A DNA stretch of 64,000 nt, from the NCBI RefSeq assembly GCF_000150275.1, contig NW_002060944.1:1660911-1724910 (forward strand), in the 5' to 3' direction. The notes beneath the pieces were generated by a model. It searched no databases. It saw nothing but the letters and a program-made list of their open reading frames with translations, and had not been told where the DNA came from. Made by a program: the position numbers and the translations under genes. This DNA is from Trichoplax adhaerens. Its lineage: Eukaryota > Animalia > Placozoa. Positions 53,443-64,000 of the stretch are shown here, piece by piece. Within the stretch, counting starts at the first letter, position 1, and every line of letters begins with the position of its first letter.

Positions 53443-56400
53443 GGATTTTAATTACGAATTATAAAATTACTTGCAATTTTAAAAATTCTTAGTTATGCTA
53501 TCATTAAAAATTATACAGTATATAAGTGGTATTCGTTATTTACTCTTACTGTGACAAATGTAGTATTATCGATTTATAACGTAAAATCGTTTCATAATTG
53601 ACACTATTAAGAATAATCATGGGTACTTTGCAACATGTCATTACTTTTCTTTGTTACCTAAGCCTGAAAGCCAATGGCTATTATAATTACAACTGCTATT
53701 AGTGGACTGTAGCCGTCTGCCTACGAGACTGTTCTCGAAATCACTCATATGATCGGTAAACTACGATTATAATTATAATAAATTTCTCTGAAATTTTCAT
53801 AGTTGCATTGTCTTGGTTTAATAATCTTACTTGGAAAGACAATGTGAAAACTTCATGTTTGGTTATTATAGCAACAAGAATGTCGCTTCAGTGTATATAT
53901 CAGTGATCGATGGGGTTAATCATGGCATGCAAGTTAAGATCTTTCCGTGAGATAGATCTCTCTTGTCCGTATATTTTCTCATAACACTGCTGGTACTGAA
54001 CAGAAGAGCACTATCAACTTTCGAATCTGTCTGATATCACTTGGCTTCTCTGTCAAAGAATCTTCATCAACAACATCATAAATTTCGTATAAAGACTGCT
54101 TATAAGAGATTCAAGATTTTTGATCAAGATTATAATTTAATCATAAATCCAATAACCACATAACGGTGGTTTCTTACTAAGCCAATTAAAGAATAACAAC
54201 GCCCTTTACATATCACTATGATATTACATGATTTTTCAGACTTAGGCGGCAAAAATTAAGTCCGCTCTATCTAGCAATTATCATAGTACAATTCGGTAGA
54301 AGTATGTTTGCTGTCGTAAAGCATAATCGTTCATAGAAGATTACAGGTACTTCTTAACTCAAAATTGCATCGAATGTAACGCAATTCAGCAAAAAGATAT
54401 TGATAACGTCCTATATGTACGTGCTGGAATATTTTTTATTGCACTAGGAACATACGATTATGTGCAAGCAATCAACATTCTACTACATGGAGTATCTTGT
54501 GGCATGCGTTACACTTTGAGGACAGCAAATACAGATCTCATTTTTCAAATATGAACAAATGAACTGATACAAACCTGTAAATTTTAAATGTAGAGCACTA
54601 CAGTATACACATAAGCCAAAATACGAACACTTCGAATTAATTGTTTCCAGACTAATAATAGTATTTCACTAACTATTCATACCTCGTTCGCTATTGTTGT
54701 AATGACAGCTTCTTCAAAATACGATTATTATTGTACAAGAAGATATCAATCACCGTAAAGACAATTGGATAATAACTCTTCAGGATGTCCGATCTTTAAT
54801 ACGAGCAAAAAGGGCTAGGTTACCATCAATTTCTGCGATCAATCTAAATTATTTAAGAAAATATCTTTCTGGCACATAGTAACTAACAAACATTGATAAA
54901 TATTAATTAATATAAGATTTAGCGTTCGCTAATTACTTTTTTTCCCATGAGAGTATGCAAACTCTATAAAATGGATTAAATTCTCATGTACTTATATATG
55001 CATATATTTTTTCAAACACGAGGAGAATTTATACAGGCACATTCTACCAATACGTTAAAACAATTGGATTAACATTGCGACCTTTAACGTCCGTGACCGC
55101 TGGTTGGAAATTTACTGATCTAGAATAACTATCAAATGTATACTGCACCTTCGGCCGCTGAAAAAGTGGCACACCTTCGAAATTAAATAAACAGTATTTT
55201 ATTGACTTTGGTTTTAATTTTTTTTGGGTGATCGTATTCTGTATTTTAATTTGTTTCTATATATCTGTATGCTGAATAGATAATTTCAACAAGTTTAACT
55301 ATGGTGACAATTAATTACGGCTGCAATAATAATAATCGACTGAAACGGTATTTAATTTTCAAACATCCTGCATAATCGCTATGAATTTACACTGCTGTAT
55401 TACTATAAGGAGTTTTAATAAATACATACATATAGAATGTATACGATGCTGATATTAGCGATCCGCTATACAGGATTAATAGCAATTGAATTCCTAAGTT
55501 GACTAAAACAAGAGAAGAATTCGCACGGTCTGTAGTAGGTAGTCACAACAACAGTTATCAACCGTGATTCACTATTACGATGCGATCTAGCCTTAAACCA
55601 GTATAGGTTCAACATGTAAAGTGATTCATTATCTAATTGCATATAATTTCTACGGCGTAGTCAGTACTATCAATATTCAGTATCTTTTTGCTTTAAGAAT
55701 ACAGATTGAAATTCTCTTTCACTGTCATATCCTTTCAAAAAAATCATATTTCGGAAGTAATCTTGTCGCCGCTACAAGTACTATTATAATACTTAATTGT
55801 TGTTATCCGGTAACTTTCTTTTCCGCCTAAAAATGTGAGTACGTATATAAGTCCTTATAAGTAATTATAACTAAATTGGTTGTATATGATACTATTCGAT
55901 AGGTTCTCACAACCTACTAAGAACACAACAAAACGAGTTCTTTCATTTCAGGTTGTGTCACAGTAAGTTTTTAAATACATATGCCCAGAATTTTGATGGC
56001 CTAAAATACGTTACTGTATAGTGTATAGCAATTATATGAATAGCCATACCGCAAGCGTTGATGATTAAACATCTTTTGTAAGAATTCTATCACCATACTA
56101 GAGGGATATAGACGAGCGTTACCCTTTGAGGGATTACATGAGTACAGTAAAAGTCATTATTTATAAAATACTGATTTCTACGACCAAGTATGATCAAATA
56201 CTGTAGGACAGAACAGAGTAAATTAGCTTTCTCTGGTACAGGCCTTATACAGTATACTGTACGTTGCACAATAGCACACAGGAACGTTTACACGAAGAAG
56301 TATCATGAAGAAGGTTTCGATTAGTAGTTTTGTGATAATTCTTGTCTAAAGCGACAAATACAGTCTACAATAACATATTCAGCTCTTTAAGTAGCACAAT

Positions 56401-57412
56401 CATTTACTTCTATAATTATGAAGCTACACAGATACAGGAACAGTACAGTAGTTTAGGGTTTTAGTTTATGGGTTCGAAATACGATCTCTTCCTGTTACGC
56501 TTCAAAAACTATTTTCAAAGAAATTATAATGTAATTTAAAGCAATTACATAAGTAATGACTTTATTTAGATAGAATGAAAGTAAAAAATCAGGAATCCTT
56601 ATCATTAATATTTTTGTACAGTGATAAGTTACCGTGATATTATCATATCGACTAATTTCAGAAATAGAACTTATGGATCACTTTAAAATTTAAGGATAAA
56701 TTTGTAAAGACAAGTTTCAAACATACATGGCCATAGCTAAAGTATAATATAGTATAATACAGTAGTTGTCACAAAAGAAATACCGTATCACTGAAAGAAG
56801 ATTTATAGCTCCATACTTACAGTCTTAAACAAATTAAATTAATTGTGAGAGTACAGAAGCGTACCTTTTGTAATTAGTATATTTACTTAAAAGCTTAGAT
56901 AAAATCTGTATTCTAACAGGAATATAAAATGAAAAATAAATTTATCGAATTCAACAGAAGTAAAATATCGTAATAACAAGGTCGAACCCCATTACATAAC
57001 TAAAATTGTATGCAAGTCAAAATATGCGTTTAATGAATAGCAAGTAACATATTAATCATGTATTAGAGAGAGAAATCGCTATATTTAAGATCAGTAAATG
57101 TCAGAATAACAAATTCGATAGGTAAAGGTATCATATCTGATCCAATTTCAAATATAGACAATTTCAGAAAGTCGTTAATTAAAATTCCATTTAAAACTCG
57201 TTGGGGAAGATTCTCGCATAAACTGATTAAAAGCCTTCGTATAAGTCATGACTTGTCTAGTATCAACATTCTATTTAATATAAATCAAATTTATCAAGTA
57301 CTCATATAAGGTACGGAATTGACTCGAGTCATCAAATTGCTGTACGTGTAATGCTGAGTCGATAACATACCTGGCTTTTAATGCCTAGTAGCAAGTGAAA
57401 ATGAAATCAATT

Positions 57413-59741
57413 TTATTTCCTAAAAGACGTATTTAGGCGGAGGAGACTTCCCGATGTCGTTGCTATGCTAGAAGTTATTGGAAAATATATCATTGACATT
57501 AATACAGTAGGACTAGATATAGCAGTAAATATATGCTATTTACCACTTGACAATTTCTTTTCCAATCACATCATGAATGCAGAAACTAGCACCAAGACAA
57601 CAACTTTTCAATGATGAATGCTTTTGTAAGTCCTAATAAGAATTATTGCTTTCGTTAAGTATACTTACACTGAAATTTAACCTGCCGATGGATAAAAACA
57701 ACCTCCTATATAGAATTCAATTAGCGATTATACAACCTGTTCTAAAATTTCTTTATATTTTCTTTTCTTGAGGATTTTTATAACGCATTCGCGTCCTAAT
57801 ATCGTAAGAAAATTTACGGGCACTGTTTATGCTTATATTTTGTATAATTCTAGCTAAATTACAAAGTTCTCAGAGAATGACCTCGCATACCCGTATAGTA
57901 TGCTGTATACGCTCTCGAATAAAATTCTCCTAACCTCTAATAAAGTGCTTCATAAACTGCCCTGCATTAGGTATTGCTATCCACCAACTATCGACGTCTC
58001 TAATCGTTAAGGTTCCAATACTCATCAGGTAACTGTTAAATTATGCCAGGCATTAATTGATCATAAACAAATTGAGTCTGCTGGTGTCTCAAGTTTTAAC
58101 TTAAGTTAAAATATACAAGTAAATGGGTTAGTAACTAGGTATTCTTTTCATTTATTACTTACGTCAAGTCCTGCTCAGACAGCCCGATTTTATCAAATAA
58201 AGTTTCCCTATTTATACTGACATCAGTACATTTCGGCAAGACGCAATGAAGAAATTTGTCTAAGAATCAAGCATTACATGAAGTTATAGCAGATATAGCT
58301 TACATCAAAATAGCATTTCTGCTACGCTTTACCGTATATCGTACCTATACTTGTGTACTAAATACACTAAATGCCATATCTTAAGTAATACAATCTAGAG
58401 TCTAACACAATATATGAATATAAATATAATCTCCGTCTAGCTATCATTACATATGGATGATTTATTTTCTTTGGTTATTAATTTTTTGATGCAATCTGTG
58501 TAGTCTTCTGTGGTCAGGATCGAAAATTCGTCAGCCCCTTCACCAAGTTTGAACATACGGATAACATTTCGAATACGAAGATCGTTCTCGAGAGCGAAAG
58601 AATAGAAATACAGTAAGACGCATACTATATACGAGCGTATGTACAATGTACATACGTACTGCATGCGCATATTTGTTATTCATGATATCATCTTGCTATT
58701 GAAATCAATTTTTCGGATCAAGGCTTGATTCAATTTTCTAGCTATTTATAAACCCTATAAAAGGTATAATCTACATACATTAATTTAATTTCTAGGATTT
58801 ACCAGCTGGCGATCAACCAAAGTTTTGTCGGAGATTATGCGATAAATTTGATGTTTGAATACAATAATTGGGTATGGACGTGATTTACGAGTATACGCGC
58901 CATGTCCTTTAGTACAGTCTTTCAAATACTGGATGGCAGCAATTATGTCATGCAAACTATCGTCATCTATTGAGAATGAATATTAAATTAATTAAAAATT
59001 TCATAGTTGAAATTGTAAAAACGCGAGAAAAATATAACTATTCAGTAAACTAAATCGATGAGGCTACACTGTCGGGTTTGTCCTTCCTGAAATCTACCTA
59101 CATGTAATACGACTCTAAAGTGGCTTACTGACGATCTCCTATCATTATGAGGAACAGTAACACCACCAGTCTCTCTTAAACAAAACTGAACCCAAGCTTT
59201 ATTGAAAAACAGTCAGTTTACGTAAACATTAGTTATCAGTACTATACGTGGAAGATAAGCATTAGATAGTGAAAGCAATGGGGGAAAAGTCGCTTCATGA
59301 CACGACACCAATCAAAATATTAACATTTGTAATCAACGAGTGATTTTTCATTCTCGTATTAGGCTTCGGGTATACTTTAATCGCGCTGATTCTGTAGCTG
59401 ACAAATTTAGAACAACAGTATACGCGTATGCGAAATTGAATGAATCGGATAGATGAAATTGTATGTTGAGTATTCCATCTTACAGTACACTGTCGAATGA
59501 GGAACTTCTAAGAGAAATCCTCTTAGAAATTCTAGTCTGGTACATACTGTAGACCAGTATTAATTTAAATAATTATAATTTATCTAACTACAGTATTTAC
59601 AGTTAGCCGTAAATTAAAAAACGAATAAGTAATCATAAATAGAGAGCTTCAAGTTATTGGTTACTGCTACTGACTTAAGCAAAATTCCAGATCATTTTCG
59701 TCGGTTTCGTTAGGTACTTTTTTGCGTCTCTTCCTTACCAT
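57413..59741 (-). CDS. STK19: STK19 (winged-helix transcription-coupled repair factor)
   Basis: Exons about 59741-59675, 58966-58803, 58587-58450, 58259-58163, 58033-57935, 57795-57737, 57632-57545, 57467-57413 give PIIVFKHQIYRIISDKTLVDRQL..IRMFKLG..TEDY..KFLHCVLPKC..GTLTIRDVDSWWIAIPNAGQFMKHFIRGRE..KYKEIL..IHDVIG..IATTSGSLLRL, matching recalled STK19 motifs. Confidence 0.92.
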
Positions 59742-59959
59742 TTCTTGACTAGTAACTACCCCTTGAGTTGATAAGCAGCGTTTAAGCTGTAACACTGACT
59801 TCATCGAAGAATACGAAGTATTCATAAGTAATAATTAATTATAGTTCATACAAGAATATTTTTGTTATAATGGCGAAAATTTGATTTCAAATGTTTTGGA
59901 CATTATTAACAGAGTGCAGTGCTCATAAATGCCAAACGGATTGGTACTGAATCTGCGTA

Positions 59960-60510
59960 CTACAGTATGTTGCTGTATTGAAAATGTGATGGTGAATTGC
60001 GCAGTGTACAGTACGGTTTCAGATATGCAAAATAGTCAAAATGGCCCAAGAAAAGGTCAAGTACTGTAATTGTTTGCATTTTTAGAAAAGTACGAGCAAG
60101 TACAGTACTATGTACCGTACTATAGTAGTACTGTACTGTACACTGTACACTGTACAGTACAGTACGGTGTGATAACAATACAGTACAGTACAATACACGT
60201 TAAATCAGATGCAGTACTGTACACTGAGTGTGCGCTGTACAGTACAGTACAGTTAAAGTGAATTGATAGGCGCCGTACTATAAAGTACTGACAGTACAGT
60301 ACAGTATTTGAACGCGAGTATAATCATGTCATCATTTTTAGTATTCTGTACTGTACACACTGAGTGTCCAGTATTGAACGACCGTTACCAGTCGCTCTTT
60401 CCTTTCAGTTCGACTTGCTAGAACTCAAGTTACTGTGGAAGTCCCGAGCAGACGTGTACAAGTACTGTACTGTACTGCACTGTACTGTACTGTAGTGTAC
60501 TGTCTGATAC
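59960..60510. repeat. Dense TACAG/CTGTA array in the STK19/MGRN1 divergent promoter
   Basis: Multiple tactgtactgtacactgtacactgtacagtacagtac runs between the ATGs at 59741 (-) and 60781 (+). Confidence 0.85.
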
Positions 60511-60780
60511 TCATACTGTATCATTATTTACTTGTATTTTCTTTTACTGTATTTATATCGGTTAAAAGACTACTGTATAAATCATACGAAGTAGAGCACT
60601 CGTATAAAAATATGTGTCGCTAAAAAATTATTGTCATTCACTTCACCTATATTTCGTGATCGCGTACTTTTAAAGGCTTAAAAAGAAGTCAAAAATTGTG
60701 TTATATTGCAAGCGTACTGAGAACGCCTTGGTTGAAAGAAAGAAACATAACTGTATGATGGTAATGTGCTGACTGTTAGG

Positions 60781-63700
60781 ATGGGAATCTTACAAAGTCG
60801 CCCGATTAGCCAAGACGAAGAAGCCAACCAAGGAGGCAATCGACTAAATAAATCGAACTCTGGATCAGGTACGTTAGTCGAGATTCTTTATTACGAACGC
60901 ACCTATGTTTTAAATCTAGATACCTAATAAAGAACATTAGTGTTCCTCTGTTCCTGATAACTTTACCCTGCTATAAATTTAAAAATTTTAATCCATAAAA
61001 TATTATTCCTAACCAAGAAAAATACGGTGGAGTACAGTAAACGAATATGTACTAGCAATGGAGCATTATCAGCATAGTACAGTACAGTATAGACAATATT
61101 TAGCAAACGTTCTGTACAAAGCATAGAAAACGCTACATTAATTAAAATGATGTACTAATATTATAAATTGTAACAAAATGCTGATCACCATTTTTTCATT
61201 CGAAATTATGATGCTGCACATTACTGTATTGTCTACGTTAGAGACTGTAATTAGTATTGCAAATCGACGTCTAGTAACTCGATGATGGGCCTCCACGAGC
61301 CAGTTGCCATATCACATAAATTATGTTTGAGTCTTTTCGAGTTAAAGTTATATTTATTTACTGTCAATTAATCTAATCTCCGTTTGTTCATAATAGTTAA
61401 AAGCATTCAATATGTACAGTACATGTAGTACTGGATTGAGCGATACTGGTTAATTGCTATACTGGATAGTGTACAGTTATACAGTACAGTGCATACCGTG
61501 CATATACAGTACGTGTTTTGGTACCATACTGTAAAATGTGTAAATTACTTTATACTGTACTGTATTGTACACTACATACAGTACAGTAGTCGTACACCTT
61601 CGCACTGTACAAAAATGCAGCAACAATATTTTTATCGTTGTACGTCGTGATTTACAAATTACAGTCAAAGATATTACAGTATTTTAGATATCAGGTATTA
61701 GAACTGCAGTATTCATCATCGCTAACAAACCTTTTTTGTATCAACTAGGATGTTACTTTGGCAACCATTTCGTACTAGGTGGAGAAAGATTCGAAACTAA
61801 TCAGCCTGAAGGTTTCCTTTTTGGAAATTCCAACGATCTAAGATTCTTGGGAAATCATCCTACTCCGGTATGCTTAAATTGAAATATTTACTTGTATACT
61901 TAATTTATATCTGTTCAGCTCTGTCAAGGAATTTCGTTCTTCTAACTCTCTAGTTTCTATGTAGTAAGTATTGTTAATAGATGACAGGCTGCAATACAGA
62001 TTTCACTATTCCGAATTAACGACAAATATATATATACACAAAATTCTCTAGTTTCCTTATCGCGTTCCGAAATCTAATGAACCAAATAAAGCCCTACGAA
62101 GTTTAATACATGTCAGGAAGGATTCTTTAAAATTAAGCAGGTAGGACAGTGTTAGATCAATATTTGCTATTGATTTATAGCCCCCCGTAAAAGGTCTTTG
62201 ATAATTTCTTGGTAGTTTTGACTTGACGATATAGTTTTAGTATAATGTACGAAGGAAAGATCTCAACTTCATTGTAAAGTTGATAAATTAAGTATATGAT
62301 AAGAATTTCTAGATACTGAACTCTAATTCCGAAACTGATAGTATCGTTAGTAGCCTTTAGTGATATTAAGCGGTTTAGCTAAATTTTATCTATTAATAAA
62401 ACATTAATCTTCGTTAATTTTTAGATGCACAGAGACAGATAGGGATCAAAATAACAGATACCACCTTGAATTTACCTTCGATGCTGATATCAATTGCGCG
62501 ATTAGAATTTTTTACATCGCAAAAGAGGAAATATCTAATGGAAATCTGATGTAATTTTTAGCCTATACTACCATACCTTCGCATATATTATTTAATTAAT
62601 ACTAATCTAAATTTATTATGGGTGATACACAGATACACACCGAAATCTCAAAATTTGGCGTCTCCCAAGTTTTACTATGAAAAGGGATCGAATCAACATT
62701 TTAATCAGTCTAGAAAACATTCTATCAATCTTCATGATCTCGAAAATGATGAGGTAACTACCGTAATTGTGTCGACATGGCTACTGCTGTACTTGCAGTC
62801 ATATACAACATTGGATTAACACGCGCGCTATTTTTACTTCAAATAGCTTACTGTTTCAATACCCATGGGCGACAAAGGGAATATCGTCTATCCTGTAGTT
62901 ATTCAAATAGATTCTGACGACAATGAAGGTAAAATTAATGGCTACTAGAAATGATAAATACATTTTCATCTTGAGTGTTATTCAACAATGGTGTACTACA
63001 CCATTGTATGGTTAGGCTTAGTTTATATCTGTTAGATAGCAATGATATTGTTTGTATTTTATAGACCTTGTTAATCATTCTCAAGTGACGTTTGCAACTT
63101 TTGAGAAAGTAAGTTTTTAATAAATTAGCTATGATAAATCTAGCTTTGTAAAATTTTTATCTCTTCGTGAATTCTCAATATCTTGCTATTTGAAATAGCT
63201 CCAAGGCGACATATATACTGTGAAGCCCCTGAAACAGAAGCAGATGGTAAGTTATTAAATGTAAATTTACTTGTTTTGATGTTTAAAAATTGTATATCAG
63301 TTTACGTAAGCTGGTAAGCCCTTGTCTACCATATGTGTATTAAAATTCATCAGTCCATACCGAACATGTCAAATTAAAAGTTTTGTTATAACAGGTTGAT
63401 GGAATTTGGTTCTTAATCCAAGAAATTTACGGCATAGAGAATAAAAATATTCGTGAGGATGAGGAAACCGGAGATGCTACGGGTGATCAAATAGACGATG
63501 CGTCCGATGATTGTGTCGTTTGCTTAAGCAAGAAAAGAAATACAATCATTCTTCCTTGTAGACACCTGTGTTTATGTAGTGAATGTGGTAAATAAATTTC
63601 ACGACAATTCGTGTATAGAATGTAAAGGAATCTGATAGTATGCTAATGAACAATTTGCCGTCTATCCCATAATAGCTGATTCTCTACGTTACCAGTCTAA

Positions 63701-63881
63701 CAATTGTCCAATTTGCCGATCACGTAAGTAATTGCTTTATTTGAAATATCACTTAACTCTGAAATTAGTTAATTGACAATAATTTAATGTACACGATTAT
63801 CGTAAATATTTTCGCATAGCATTTCGGGCATTACTTGGCATTCAGGCTTATCGCCACAAAAGTGAAATTAAGAATAAGCAG
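60781..63881 (+). CDS. MGRN1: Mahogunin/RNF157-type RING E3 ubiquitin ligase (3' end beyond window)
   Basis: MGILQS (myristoylation-type start); [106 protein letters not shown], spread over many short GT-AG exons. Confidence 0.95.
61415..61610. repeat. TACAG/CTGTA array in MGRN1 intron 1
   Basis: Repeated tacagtacagt / tactgtactgta units. Confidence 0.7.
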
Positions 63882-64000
63882 GTTCGCTTACATCAACCTT
63901 ACTTAGCTCCTAATTCTGTGCTAGTAGCATGCTAGTTTATAACCTAATACTGCTTTAAACCAAATTTACAACGCTAGAAATCTCGTAATAATCGCAATGG

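Noticed and set aside
59128-59550. Exon-like segments inside STK19 intron 1
   Set aside because: Exon 1 joins the 58966 exon in frame (phase 1) without them, and part of the segment is a dispersed repeat.
1-64000. CRISPR arrays, operons, tRNA/rRNA genes, transposase or reverse-transcriptase ORFs
   Set aside because: None recognisable; the window is eukaryotic spliced-gene sequence.

Overview
AT-rich, intron-containing animal genomic DNA with short GT-AG introns and compact genes; composition and gene style suggest a placozoan such as Trichoplax (inference only). Conserved genes flank the window: on the left a minus-strand coiled-coil gene, NUDT1/MTH1 and ABTB1; on the right an intronless class A GPCR, STK19 (minus) and MGRN1/RNF157 (plus, runs off the window). 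The centre (13.2-42.7 kb) is a tandem array of seven secreted ependymin-related (EPDR) genes, E1-E7, reconstructed by hand from splice sites, all with four coding exons and intron phases 0/1/0. Exons 1-3 encode the EPDR domain. Exon 4 encodes a highly variable tail starting with a shared x-hydrophobic-Asp motif; in E2, E5 and E7 it roughly cancels the net charge of the core. E3 and E4 have co-lost one cysteine pair, and E5-E7 form a cationic subfamily. Inside the array, on the opposite strand, is a small secreted precursor with an acidic spacer and a C-C-CC-C-C knottin-like domain. TACAG/CTGTA arrays mark the 5' ends of most genes but not E5-E7, the knottin gene or the GPCR.
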